64,000 nucleotides of DNA from an uncultured Flavobacteriaceae bacterium (lineage in GTDB: Bacteria > Bacteroidota > Bacteroidia > Flavobacteriales > Flavobacteriaceae), in the NCBI GenBank assembly GCA_963789545.1, contig CAWBKZ010000006.1, positions 664,318-728,317 on the forward strand. The letters run 5' to 3'. The notes below the pieces were generated by a model. It had not been told where the DNA came from. It searched no databases and saw nothing but the letters and a program-made list of their open reading frames with translations. Positions 41,824-51,754 of the stretch are shown here, one piece after another; position 1 is the first letter of the stretch, and every line of letters starts with the position of its first letter. A program made the translations under genes and the position numbers.

Positions 41824-42105
41824 CTACTCTTCAGTTTTAGCTTCTTTTGCAGCAGGTTTTTTAAACTTGTCGTATTTGTTTTTGAATTTGTCAATACGTC
41901 CTGCAGTATCAATAAGTTTTGCTTTACCAGTATAAAAAGGATGTGAAGAACGTGAAATCTCCATCTTTACCAAAGGATACTCAACTCCATCTACTTCAAT
42001 AGTTTCTCTAGTATCTGCAGTTGATTTAGTAAGGAAAACGTCTTCGTTACTCATATCCTTAAAAGCAACTATTCTATAATTTTCTGGGTGGATACCTTTT
42101 TTCAT
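41824..42105 (-). CDS. rpmE2: 50S ribosomal protein L31 type B
   Basis: [33 protein letters not shown]; no CxxC. Confidence 0.95.
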   Translation of the reverse strand: MKKGIHPENYRIVAFKDMSNEDVFLTKSTADTRETIEVDGVEYPLVKMEISRSSHPFYTGKAKLIDTAGRIDKFKNKYDKFKKPAAKEAKTEE

Positions 42106-42295
42106 TTCTCTAATAATTTAAAATGCGCTCAATTTTGAGTTTGCAAATTTAAGTATTAATTAGAAATTAGCAACAAAATATTACACTTTTTTAATTCTCT
42201 GTAAAATTTACCGCAAATGTAACGTTTTGCTATCTTTGTTTACTAACAATCCGAACCAACCTGTCCTTTTTGGCAGGATAAAAAACTAACAGTAA

Positions 42296-42826
42296 ATGGA
42301 AACTCAAACAACTTCACTAAAAAAAATAGCACTCAATTATGGCGTGCTTTTGGCTCTTCTCTCAATTGTATTACAAGTAATTTCGTATGTGCTAGATGTT
42401 CATATAGACCGCCCTTGGTGGTTAACTGTACTTCAATTACTGATTTCAGTAAGTGTTATTGCTTATGGAATAAAAGCATTCAAAACAGGCAACGCAGGTT
42501 TTCTTACCTTGGGACAAGCCCTAAAAACTGGTCTTGCAATTAGTCTTGTAGCTGGGATTATAGCTGTGGTTTTTAACTACATTTTCATGAATTATATAGA
42601 TCCCGATTTTATTCAAAAAACTTTGGATTTTTCTAGAGAACAAATGTTAGAAAAAAATCCAGATATGACTCAGGAGCAGATTGATATGGCAATGAACATG
42701 TCGGCAAAATTTATGTCACCGATGATAATGTCAGCCTTCGCTATAATTGCAACTTTATTTTTTGGATTTATCATTTCCTTATTTGCGGGATTGATAATGA
42801 AGAAAAACCCTCCACAACAAATTTAA
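42296..42826 (+). CDS. DUF4199 family membrane protein
   Basis: Four TMs, YIFMNYIDPDF, ending IMKK. Confidence 0.8.
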   Translation: METQTTSLKKIALNYGVLLALLSIVLQVISYVLDVHIDRPWWLTVLQLLISVSVIAYGIKAFKTGNAGFLTLGQALKTGLAISLVAGIIAVVFNYIFMNYIDPDFIQKTLDFSREQMLEKNPDMTQEQIDMAMNMSAKFMSPMIMSAFAIIATLFFGFIISLFAGLIMKKNPPQQI

Positions 42827-42834
42827 TTGACTGA

Positions 42835-43788
42835 ATGAATATTTCCATCGTCATTCCACTTCTCAACGAAGAAGAATCGCTTAATGAGCTATACCATTGG
42901 ATTGCATCCGTAATGCAATCCAATGGTTTTTTATACGAGCTCATTTTTATTGACGATGGTAGCACAGATAATTCTTGGAAAATAATTGAAAAGCTTTCCA
43001 AAGAGAGCCCTGCGGTTAAAGGGATTCGTTTTCAGAAAAACTATGGAAAATCTCAAGCCCTGCACGCTGGCTTTGCGATGGCTAAAGGCGATGTGATTAT
43101 CACTATGGATGCCGATTTGCAGGACAATCCCGAAGAAATTCCAGAACTGTACAAAATGATTACCGAGGAAGGTTTCGATCTTGTTTCGGGCTGGAAAAAG
43201 AAACGGTACGATTCTGTTATTAGCAAAAACATACCTTCAAAATTTTTCAATTATGCAGCGCGAAAAACTTCTGGCGTACAATTGCACGACTTTAACTGTG
43301 GCTTGAAAGCTTATAAACGTGATGTCGTAAAATCCATTGAAGTTACTGGCGAAATGCACAGATATATCCCTGTTCTAGCTAAAAATGCAGGCTTCAGTAA
43401 AATTTCAGAAAAACCTGTCTTGCATCAGGCGCGAAAATACGGAACCACAAAGTTTGGAGCTGAACGCTTTATCCGTGGCTTTTTAGATTTGATAACCATT
43501 TGGTTTCTGTCGCGCTTTGGCAAGCGACCCATGCACCTTTTTGGAGCTTGGGGAGCATTAATGCTTTTTATAGGATTTTGTTTTGCACTATTTTTAGGCA
43601 TTGACAAGCTTTTCATAAACCCAGCCGGAAGACTCATTGCGGAAAGGCCTGAGTTTTTTATTGCACTTACCGCAATGATTTTAGGAACACAACTTTTCCT
43701 CGCTGGATTTTTAGGCGAATTGATCCTTAGAAGTAAAAAAGATTCCCGAAACTACATCATCAAAGAACAGCGAAACATCAAAGATTAA
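42835..43788 (+). CDS. GT2 glycosyltransferase (ArnC/GtrB polyprenol-phosphate type)
   Basis: ISIVIPLLNEEE, IDDGSTD, NYGKS, TMDADLQD, DFNCGLK, C-terminal TMs. Confidence 0.9.
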   Translation: MNISIVIPLLNEEESLNELYHWIASVMQSNGFLYELIFIDDGSTDNSWKIIEKLSKESPAVKGIRFQKNYGKSQALHAGFAMAKGDVIITMDADLQDNPEEIPELYKMITEEGFDLVSGWKKKRYDSVISKNIPSKFFNYAARKTSGVQLHDFNCGLKAYKRDVVKSIEVTGEMHRYIPVLAKNAGFSKISEKPVLHQARKYGTTKFGAERFIRGFLDLITIWFLSRFGKRPMHLFGAWGALMLFIGFCFALFLGIDKLFINPAGRLIAERPEFFIALTAMILGTQLFLAGFLGELILRSKKDSRNYIIKEQRNIKD

Positions 43789-43827
43789 ACATTGAGATTC
43801 GTTATTTTTGCACATTAATTTAAGTAA

Positions 43828-45543
43828 ATGATTTACGTAGACCCAAAAACTTTAGCCCGCGTTAACCAGTGGCTTACTCCCTTTTTCGACGAAAAAACTC
43901 AGCACGACATAAAAGAAATGATTGCTTACGATCCTGAGGGATTGGAGGATAGTTTTTATAAAAACTTAGAATTTGGTACAGGTGGAATGCGTGGTATAAT
44001 GGGCCTTGGCGACAACCGGATTAATAAATATACCTTAGGAAAAAACACTCAAGGACTTTCAAATTATTTAAAAAACCAGTTCCCAAACAAAGAGATCAAG
44101 ATCGCTATTGCATATGATTGCCGACATAACAGCAAAGAGTTTGCAAAAGTTGTAGCAGATGTTTTTTCTGCAAACGGAATAAAAGTTTTTCTTTTTTCTG
44201 AACTGCGACCTACTCCCGAGCTTTCTTTCGCGGTAAAACAGTTGGATTGCCAAGCTGGAATTGTTTTGACGGCTTCACACAATCCACCGGAATATAATGG
44301 TTACAAAGTATATTGGGAAGATGGCGGACAATTGGTTCCACCTCAAGATGGCGAAATAATTGCTGAAATAAATTCACTTAAATACGAAGACATAAAATTT
44401 GAAGCAAAGGAAAATTTGATTCAACTTATTGACACTGAAGTTGACGAAGCATTTGCAAAGGCTTCCATTAAAAATGGAACTTTCAATACTTCACAAGAGG
44501 CAAAAGACAATTTAAAAATTGTGTTCACTTCACTTCACGGCACTTCAATCACAATGATTCCGAAGGTTTTGGAGCAGGCTGGTTATAAAAATGTGTCGAT
44601 TGTTAAAGAACAAGCGGAGCCAAACGGAGATTTCCCAACCGTAAAATCTCCAAATCCTGAAGAACCAGCAGCTTTAAAAATGGCTTTGGAACTTGCTGAA
44701 AAAGAACAGGCTGATATTGTAATTGGTACAGATCCAGATTGTGACCGTTTGGGTGTTGCCGTTAGAAATGACAAAAACAAAATGGTATTGCTCAATGGAA
44801 ACCAGACAATGGTTCTGATGACGCATTTCCTTATAAAACAATGGGAAAAAGCTGGGAAGCTGAACGGAAAACAGTTTGTTGCCTCAACCATCGTTTCTAC
44901 ACCAATGGTTGAAAAAGTGGCGAAACATTTCAATGTAAATTATATTGAAGGGCTTACCGGTTTTAAATGGATCGCAAAAATGATCAAGGATTTTCCCGAG
45001 CTTGAATTTATAGGCGGCGGCGAAGAAAGTTTTGGTTATTTGGTGGGTGATTTCGTTCGTGATAAAGACGCTGTTACCGCTACCCTACTTGCTTGTGAAA
45101 TTGCTGCACAGAAAAAGAATTCTGGCGGCAGTATGTTTCAATATTTGAATAATGTTTATGAACAATTCGGGTTTTACCGGGAGCATTTAATTTCAGTTAC
45201 CAAAAAAGGGAAACAGGGTGCGGCGGAGATTTCAGCAATGATGAAAATGCTTCGGGAAAATCCTTTTAAAGAAATTGCTGGGAGCAAAGTAATACGTATA
45301 GATGATGTTTCAATAAATAAAACCACAGATTTCATAAAACAGGAAACTTTGTCATTAAATCTGCCAAAAAGCAACGTTTTAATCTATTATACCGAAAACG
45401 GCAGCAAAATTGCAGCGCGACCCAGTGGCACAGAACCCAAAATAAAGTTCTACATTAGCGTGAACACTTCTGAAAAGGAAAATTTTGAAGCAATGCTTCA
45501 GAAAAAAATTGACGCTATTGCCGCACAACTAAATATTAGTTAA
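43828..45543 (+). CDS. Phosphoglucomutase/phosphomannomutase
   Basis: FGTGGMRG, TASHNPP, DPDCDR, GGEES, RPSGTEPKIK. Confidence 0.93.
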   Translation: MIYVDPKTLARVNQWLTPFFDEKTQHDIKEMIAYDPEGLEDSFYKNLEFGTGGMRGIMGLGDNRINKYTLGKNTQGLSNYLKNQFPNKEIKIAIAYDCRHNSKEFAKVVADVFSANGIKVFLFSELRPTPELSFAVKQLDCQAGIVLTASHNPPEYNGYKVYWEDGGQLVPPQDGEIIAEINSLKYEDIKFEAKENLIQLIDTEVDEAFAKASIKNGTFNTSQEAKDNLKIVFTSLHGTSITMIPKVLEQAGYKNVSIVKEQAEPNGDFPTVKSPNPEEPAALKMALELAEKEQADIVIGTDPDCDRLGVAVRNDKNKMVLLNGNQTMVLMTHFLIKQWEKAGKLNGKQFVASTIVSTPMVEKVAKHFNVNYIEGLTGFKWIAKMIKDFPELEFIGGGEESFGYLVGDFVRDKDAVTATLLACEIAAQKKNSGGSMFQYLNNVYEQFGFYREHLISVTKKGKQGAAEISAMMKMLRENPFKEIAGSKVIRIDDVSINKTTDFIKQETLSLNLPKSNVLIYYTENGSKIAARPSGTEPKIKFYISVNTSEKENFEAMLQKKIDAIAAQLNIS

Positions 45544-47369
45544 TGAATTATTTCAAAAAAGTAATACGATATGTCCTCCCTTACAAAAGGTATGCGTATC
45601 TGAATATATTTTTCAATGTTTTATATGCATTGTTCGGAACACTATCTTTTGTGGCACTTATTCCCGTTTTTGAAATTATATTTAGCAATAATCGCACACT
45701 TGAAACAAAACCAGTATATGAAGGTATTTCAAACATAAAAGAATATTTACAAGAATCACTAAATTACGTTATCATTGATAACATCAATAAATACGGAGAG
45801 TTTAAAGTACTTATGTATATGGTGGGCATAATTATCTCACTCTTTCTATTGAAAAATTTGAGCAATTATTTGGCAATGTTCTACTCCACCTTTATGCGAA
45901 ATGGGGTTTTAAGAGATCTTCGTAACGACCTTTATAGAAAGGTAATTAGTTTTCCTTTGGCATTTTATTCCGAAAAAAGAAAAGGAGATACCATCTCGCG
46001 TTTGAGCGGCGATGTTGATGAAGTGAAAAACTCCGTGCTTTCCATTCTGGAAATGATAGTTCGTGAGCCACTTACAATACTTTTTTCCTTAATAACAATG
46101 CTCCTTATAAGTACTAAACTAACCCTTTTTGTATTTCTGTTTTTGCCCATTTCAGGTTTTTTAATTTCAAAAATTGGTAAGTCATTGAAAAAGCGCTCCT
46201 TAAAAGTGCAAGAAGAACAAGGTGTTTTTCTTTCCATTCTTGAAGAAACAATGGGCGGATTGAGAATAATAAAAGCATTTCACGCTGAAAATATTTTTAA
46301 AAAGAAGTTTGAAGATAGTAATGAACGGTTTTATAAATATTCAAACAATGTAACAAATAGACAAAACCTAGCTTCTCCAGTTAGTGAACTTTTAGGAATT
46401 ATAACTATAGGGATTCTTTTGGTTTTTGGAGGTTATTTAGTATTTATTGACAAAACGCTTGAAGCCAGTTTTTTTATTGGTTATATTACTTTGGCATACA
46501 ACATTCTTACTCCTGCTAAAGCCATTGCAAAAGCAAGTTATTCCATAAAACGTGCAGATGGATCCGCAAAACGTATTTTCGAATTATTGGAAACCGAAAA
46601 TACAATTACAGATATTGATAACCCGGTTCAAAAAGAAGGTTTTGACGGAGTAATTTCCATTAAAAATATTTCGTTTAAATACCAAGACCAGTATGTTTTA
46701 AAAGATTTCTCTTTAGAAATTCCTAAAGGAAAAACCGTTGCACTCGTTGGCCAATCGGGCAGCGGAAAAAGCACAATTGCCAATTTATTGACCCGCTTTT
46801 ACGATGTAAATAAAGGCAGCATTGAAATTGACGGCGTAGATATAAAAAATATTTCGAAAAAATCTTTGCGCGGTTTAATGGGAATTGTTTCACAGGATTC
46901 CATACTTTTCAATGATTCCGTTGCGAACAATTTAAAGCTTGGAAAACCATTAGCTTCCGATTCAGAATTGATGGAAGCAGCTGAAATTAGTAATTCCTTC
47001 GAATTTATAAAAGACCTTCCCGAAGGTTTTGAAACAAACATCGGCGATAGCGGAAACAAACTGAGCGGGGGCCAAAAACAACGTTTGAGCATTGCCCGTG
47101 CAGTTCTTAAAAACCCACCTATAATGATTTTGGACGAAGCAACTTCCGCTCTAGACACAGAAAGTGAGCGTTTGGTTCAAGATGCTTTGGAAAAAATGAT
47201 GGAAAACAGAACTTCTATTGTAATTGCGCATCGTCTTTCTACCATTCAGAATGCAGATAATATCGTGGTGCTCTCCAAAGGAAAAATTGTGGAACAGGGA
47301 AAACACCAAGAACTTTTGGAGAAAAAAGGTATTTACTACAGTTTGGTAGAAATGCAATCCCTCGCATAA
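45543..47369 (+). CDS. ABC exporter, MsbA-like (TMD + NBD)
   Basis: GQSGSGKST, LSGGQKQR, ILDEATS, IAHRLST. Confidence 0.9.
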   Translation: MNYFKKVIRYVLPYKRYAYLNIFFNVLYALFGTLSFVALIPVFEIIFSNNRTLETKPVYEGISNIKEYLQESLNYVIIDNINKYGEFKVLMYMVGIIISLFLLKNLSNYLAMFYSTFMRNGVLRDLRNDLYRKVISFPLAFYSEKRKGDTISRLSGDVDEVKNSVLSILEMIVREPLTILFSLITMLLISTKLTLFVFLFLPISGFLISKIGKSLKKRSLKVQEEQGVFLSILEETMGGLRIIKAFHAENIFKKKFEDSNERFYKYSNNVTNRQNLASPVSELLGIITIGILLVFGGYLVFIDKTLEASFFIGYITLAYNILTPAKAIAKASYSIKRADGSAKRIFELLETENTITDIDNPVQKEGFDGVISIKNISFKYQDQYVLKDFSLEIPKGKTVALVGQSGSGKSTIANLLTRFYDVNKGSIEIDGVDIKNISKKSLRGLMGIVSQDSILFNDSVANNLKLGKPLASDSELMEAAEISNSFEFIKDLPEGFETNIGDSGNKLSGGQKQRLSIARAVLKNPPIMILDEATSALDTESERLVQDALEKMMENRTSIVIAHRLSTIQNADNIVVLSKGKIVEQGKHQELLEKKGIYYSLVEMQSLA

Positions 47370-47433
47370 TTTATACTCCTGTTAAACCATTCTTCTGTAA
47401 CTTAGTCCTATAAATAAGTTGCGCACTTAAAAA

Positions 47434-47988
47434 ATGGTTGAAGAACAAGAACTTGTAATGGCATTACAGACCGAAGCGGATAAAGAATCTGCTTTTCGGG
47501 AGCTTGTAGCGCAGTATAAGGAACGGCTTTATTGGCAAATCCGAAATATTGTGCTGGACCATGAAGATGCTGATGATGTGCTTCAAAATACGTTTATCAA
47601 GATTTTTAGGAATATCAATTCTTTTAAGGGAGACAGCAAGTTGCACACTTGGATGTACAGAATTGCAGCCAATGAATCCATCACTTTTCTTAATAAAAAA
47701 GCAAAACGCAATAATGTTTCTATTGAAAAAGTGAAAGATAATGCTTTGCGTAATTTGGAAAGTGATGTATATTTTGAAGGCGACGAGTTACAGCTTCAGT
47801 TTCAAAAGGCGATTGCTACGCTTCCCGAAAGACAAAAATTGATTTTCACAATGAAATATTTTGAGGATCATACCTTTGAGGAACTTTCAGAAATTTTGGA
47901 AACCTCAGTTGGCGGATTGAAGAGTAGCTATCACATTGCGGTGAAAAAAATTACAAAATTTATAAAAACACAGGATGAAACTCTTTAA
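47434..47988 (+). CDS. ECF-type RNA polymerase sigma factor
   Basis: DADDVLQNTFIK, TWMYRIA, LPERQKLIF...LKSSYH. Confidence 0.93.
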   Translation: MVEEQELVMALQTEADKESAFRELVAQYKERLYWQIRNIVLDHEDADDVLQNTFIKIFRNINSFKGDSKLHTWMYRIAANESITFLNKKAKRNNVSIEKVKDNALRNLESDVYFEGDELQLQFQKAIATLPERQKLIFTMKYFEDHTFEELSEILETSVGGLKSSYHIAVKKITKFIKTQDETL

Positions 47989-48012
47989 AGTTTTAAGAGT
48001 CATAATTATATA

Positions 48013-48513
48013 ATGAATAACAAAAAAAACATATCTGGTTTTAAAGTTCCCGAAAACTATTTCGAGGTTTTTGATGAGCATTTGTTTAGTAAGATTTCAG
48101 AAGAAAACTTTCCGAAATCTGCTGGCCACATTGTGCCTGAAGGGTACTTTGAAAACATGGAAGACCGTATTGTGAAAAGGGTAATCAATTCAGAAAAACC
48201 TACAAAAGTAATTCCACTTTTCGCTAAAAAATACTTCGGTTATGCGGCAGCAATTGCGGCTTGTTTGCTTATTGGTTTTATGATTTTCAACAATAGAGCT
48301 GATAATTCAAATTTAGATTCACTACAATTAGCCGCCATTGATACCTATATTGAAGATGGCAATTTAAATATAGACCTTTATGACTTGACATCCTATATTG
48401 ACGATGAAGATATTACCGATTTAAACCTAGAAAACCAACAATTTTCAAAAACCACACTAGAAAATTATCTTTTGGAAAATGTGAATGAAGAAACCTTAAT
48501 AAACGAACAATGA
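48013..48513 (+). CDS. Putative anti-sigma factor
   Basis: Duplicated FKVPENYFE / HIVPEGYFE motif, single TM AAAIAACLLI. Confidence 0.7.
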   Translation: MNNKKNISGFKVPENYFEVFDEHLFSKISEENFPKSAGHIVPEGYFENMEDRIVKRVINSEKPTKVIPLFAKKYFGYAAAIAACLLIGFMIFNNRADNSNLDSLQLAAIDTYIEDGNLNIDLYDLTSYIDDEDITDLNLENQQFSKTTLENYLLENVNEETLINEQ

Positions 48514-48594
48514 AATACCCCCTAATAATTTGTAATCCAAATGAAGATGTAAATCTGGGTATTCCATCTTCCTATTTCTCAAATATTTTATAAA

Positions 48595-49056
48595 ATGAAA
48601 AAAATAGCTATACTATTCCTACTTTTGACAGCAAGCATGCAAGCTCAAGATGGAAAACACGAAAAGATAAGAGCTTTAAAAACAGCTTATTTTACTGAAA
48701 AATTAACGCTTACATCCCTTGAAGCCGAGAAATTCTGGCCCATCTATAACAAATATGATGAAAAGTTCCACGACCTTCGAATGAAAGAACGAAGTGAGAT
48801 ATTCCAAAAACTACGCGATGGTTTGGATAAAATGAACGACGCCGAGGCGAATGCATTAATTGACACAAGTTTATCTATTGAAAGTGAGGAACTGACGCTG
48901 AACAAACAAATGATTGCGGAGCTTCGGGGAGTAATTTCGCCAAAAAAAATAATTATCCTTAAAAAAGCGGAGGATGATTTTAAAAGAGAACTTCTACACC
49001 GTTACAAAAATAGTAAAGGTGAGAAAGGTCCTAAGGGCCCTAAAGGTCCAAAATAA
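48595..49056 (+). CDS. Periplasmic helical protein associated with the ECF sigma (Spy/CpxP-like)
   Basis: KIRALKTAYFTEKLTLT..EAEKFWPIYN, AEDDFKRELL. Confidence 0.7.
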   Translation: MKKIAILFLLLTASMQAQDGKHEKIRALKTAYFTEKLTLTSLEAEKFWPIYNKYDEKFHDLRMKERSEIFQKLRDGLDKMNDAEANALIDTSLSIESEELTLNKQMIAELRGVISPKKIIILKKAEDDFKRELLHRYKNSKGEKGPKGPKGPK

Positions 49057-49084
49057 AAAAAGCCCCGAGAGTTCGGGGCTTTTT
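49055..49084. terminator. Bidirectional terminator
   Basis: AAAAAAAGCCCCGA-GAGT-TCGGGGCTTTTT. Confidence 0.85.
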
Positions 49085-49103
49085 GTTTACTATAAAGAAG
49101 CTA

Positions 49104-49982
49104 TTACATTGCTCCCCATTCTTTTAAAGACTTTTCATTTAAAGCTATATAATCATTGTTTCCGGCTGCTTTGGCAAGCTCCAAAGATTTTTTTGCAGCT
49201 TCAATAGCGCCTTTTTTGTCTCCTGCTTTTGCATAGATTAACGATTTTTGACGCAACTGCCAAAATTTTGGATCTTTGTTCATTTCAATTGCTTTGTCTA
49301 TCCAATTTTTTGATTTGCTAATATCCTTTCCTGATTCAAGGTAGTAAACGGCTGCAGCATAATAATCATTTGAGTCCGGCCCATTCATCACTTTTTGTAT
49401 GTTATCAGAAACCATTTTATCTGTTCCAAATTTAATAGGCACGCCAACATAGGTTTTCTCCCAAAGCAATCCCAATAAAGCTGATTCGTTAGTAAGGTTG
49501 TCAAAAGACATTGTGAACGTTTCAATATTCATTGGCATTGGATATGTAGGCACAGAAATCATTGCTGCAACTTTGCTTTCATCCCATTTTTCAGGAGTTC
49601 CCCAGTTACTCGCGTCGTTGTAGAAATATACCTCCCAGTTTGAAGTTCCAGGCTTGGTGTAAATTGCATACGTTCCTGCAGCCAATGTTTTGCCGCCAAT
49701 TTCTACGCCATCACCAAAAGTAATTTTGGTATTTGCGTTTGCTCCGGTGCGCCACATTTTATCATAAGGCACCAAACCACCAAAAATGGTTCTGCCCTTC
49801 ATAGATGGACGTGAATATTCTAAAGTAACATCAGTGAGTCCGACTCTTTGTTCAATTTTTTGAAACGGACTCGGTTGTGGAGTTTTAATCTGTGCATGTA
49901 TGCCAAGGGTTAGCATCAAGGCAGAAAAAAGTAAAATAATCTTTTTCATCGGAATGGTTTTTAGTGGTTTATATCTAGTCAC
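49104..49982 (-). CDS. DUF2911 domain protein with C-terminal TPR
   Basis: PQPSP, YSRPSMKGRTIFGGLVPY..MWRTGAN; likely start 49949. Confidence 0.85.
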   Translation of the reverse strand: MTRYKPLKTIPMKKIILLFSALMLTLGIHAQIKTPQPSPFQKIEQRVGLTDVTLEYSRPSMKGRTIFGGLVPYDKMWRTGANANTKITFGDGVEIGGKTLAAGTYAIYTKPGTSNWEVYFYNDASNWGTPEKWDESKVAAMISVPTYPMPMNIETFTMSFDNLTNESALLGLLWEKTYVGVPIKFGTDKMVSDNIQKVMNGPDSNDYYAAAVYYLESGKDISKSKNWIDKAIEMNKDPKFWQLRQKSLIYAKAGDKKGAIEAAKKSLELAKAAGNNDYIALNEKSLKEWGAM

Positions 49983-50091
49983 GAAAATACAATATGCAGA
50001 TTTTTAAAAAGTTAAGAAAAACCTAAATAAAGGGTATATTTTGAAGTTTTACAAGCTAAGTGAAGATTCGTGTATTTTGTCTAGTATCGTG

Positions 50092-50556
50092 TTAATGCAA
50101 ACTTATCACTTTAGTAATTTTCCAGTCATTATTTATATGTTGCCACATAATGATAAATTTACTGGGGTGCGATGGTGCATCTGGTTCTTGGTTGTTGTAA
50201 AACTTGTGATAACCCATTTCAACAGCACCGTAGTCTTTTATTGGATATACCTCAATACTTCCCTTTACCAGTTCTCGTGTAACCTTTCCGCAAATATATT
50301 TTTCAGTTGCATCAACAATATCCTTTTTTGAGGTCATCAGACCACCTGTATCGTGGTAAAATTCAATGTCATCTGCATAAATAGCAGTTTGCTTCTCCAA
50401 ATCGCAGTGATTATAGGCGTCAAAAAAAAGTGAGTCCATAGCAACAATGGTGTTATACAGTGCTTTGTCATCTGGCACATACCCTTTTTTTGATTTACAT
50501 GACGCAAAAGAAAATAGGATTAGCAAAAAAGAAAAAATTACGACTGATTTGTTCAT
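50092..50556 (-). CDS. NTF2/SnoaL-like (DUF4440) lipoprotein
   Basis: MDSLFFDAYNHCD, EFYHDTGG, WKITKVIS. Confidence 0.8.
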   Translation of the reverse strand: MNKSVVIFSFLLILFSFASCKSKKGYVPDDKALYNTIVAMDSLFFDAYNHCDLEKQTAIYADDIEFYHDTGGLMTSKKDIVDATEKYICGKVTRELVKGSIEVYPIKDYGAVEMGYHKFYNNQEPDAPSHPSKFIIMWQHINNDWKITKVISLH

Positions 50557-50649
50557 GGGGTGCTTCGTTTTTTTTATAAGACAACTTAACCTGGGTATTG
50601 TAACAGTATTCTAAAGTTTTTTTGTGTTTGAGTTGAAAATTTGCGGTGG

Positions 50650-50695
50650 TGTGGAAATTTCACCACAATACACTATAGCTTAGTTGTGGGCTGGT
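50650..50695 (-). repeat. Degraded attC-like site (R'' half) after the DUF4242 gene
   Basis: Minus strand ACCAGCCCACAAC followed by TAAGCTATAG and a TGTGGTG/CACCAC stem; no matching R'. Confidence 0.4.
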
Positions 50696-50738
50696 TTTTC
50701 AATTCAGCCACTTCTTGAATCAGTTAAGACGTATTAAT

Positions 50739-51011
50739 TTATTCTGCAGTAGTTGGATCGATAATCATTGAAACTTTATTAACTGAATTTGCAGGAAACC
50801 CTCCCTGTTTTGCATGTTCACGAACCATCTCTTCATTTGGGGCATTGTAAATACAATAGATTTTATCTCCTGTAACATAACTGTGTACCCATTGGATTTG
50901 TGGTCCCATATTGCTTAACACTCCACAAGAAGTTTGTGAAATCCCTTTTAATTGCTCAGGAGTTAGCTCACCAACTCCTGGAATTTCTCTTTCAATTACA
51001 TATTTAGGCAT
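50739..51011 (-). CDS. DUF4242 (SCO4226-like nickel-binding family) protein
   Basis: MPKYVIERE, QWVHSYV, KIYCIYNAP...VREHA..GGFPA. Confidence 0.85.
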   Translation of the reverse strand: MPKYVIEREIPGVGELTPEQLKGISQTSCGVLSNMGPQIQWVHSYVTGDKIYCIYNAPNEEMVREHAKQGGFPANSVNKVSMIIDPTTAE

Positions 51012-51127
51012 AATCTTAAATATTTAGTTCCTCTTCTTTAGTTTTTTTGGATTTACCCTGTTTTTTAAAATGGTTTATGAACCCCATTTGATAGCTTGTG
51101 AATTTACTAAATTTTAGGTTCTATTTA

Positions 51128-51168
51128 ACTTGCCCTTGCGATTTTGAGTATTAGCCGTTGTGTTTAGT
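51128..51168 (-). repeat. Degraded or internally deleted attC-like site after the VOC gene
   Basis: Minus strand ACTAAACACAAC 2 nt after the stop codon, then ...CGCAAGGGCAAGTT. Confidence 0.45.
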
Positions 51169-51170
51169 TT

Positions 51171-51593
51171 TTATTTATAAAATTCTCGTTCATTTACTTT
51201 AATCGTGGTTAGTTCAACAGTATGCCCATCAAGGTCTTTAGTGTATATTGAATCAAAATAATGATGGTCTTGAATATTAAATTCTAGATTCAATTCAACA
51301 TACCGTTTTTTTGCTTTTTCAAAATTTTCATTTGTCACATTAAAAGCAAAATGGTCAATTTTCACATTTTTAGAAATTGGGTCAAGTTTAGTATCAGTTT
51401 TATTTGCTGGGAATAAGGCAATTCCTGATTTTCCCGAAAGTAAAAAGATTGGAAAGTCTCCCCATTCAGGTAACTGATATCGTTTTAGTCCCAACACTTT
51501 TTCATACCATTTTGCAGAAGCATCAATATCAGCAACTCGAATAGCCACATGGTCTAAAAATTCAATTTCTATTTTATGCTCCTTATCTGTCAT
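51171..51593 (-). CDS. VOC/glyoxalase family protein
   Basis: LDHVAIRVADIDASAKWYEKVLG, IDHFAF, DLDGHTVEL; true start likely ATG 51593 because the longer call runs through the attC-like site. Confidence 0.88.
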   Translation of the reverse strand: MTDKEHKIEIEFLDHVAIRVADIDASAKWYEKVLGLKRYQLPEWGDFPIFLLSGKSGIALFPANKTDTKLDPISKNVKIDHFAFNVTNENFEKAKKRYVELNLEFNIQDHHYFDSIYTKDLDGHTVELTTIKVNEREFYK

Positions 51594-51599
51594 TATCAA

Positions 51600-51740
51600 A
51601 TTACGCGTAACGGTTAGTATATGAAAAGTAGGCGATTTCGAAGCATTAAACTTTCGTTTAAACACTTACTTTGATACGAGCCAAAAGGCTTGATTTTATT
51701 ACTGTTTCGCCTATTTTTTATATACATTGTTAGCTGTAGC
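51600..51740 (-). repeat. Intact attC-like recombination site
   Basis: Minus strand GCTACAGCTAAC-AAT-GTATATAAAAAATAGGCGA ... TCGCCTACTTTTCATATAC-TAACC-GTTACGC. Confidence 0.7.
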
Positions 51741-51754
51741 TCTTTTTTCAGTCG

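Noticed and set aside
51594-51665. N-terminal extension of the VOC ORF (164 aa call)
   Set aside because: It runs through the attC-like palindrome; ATG at 51593 gives a typical VOC domain start
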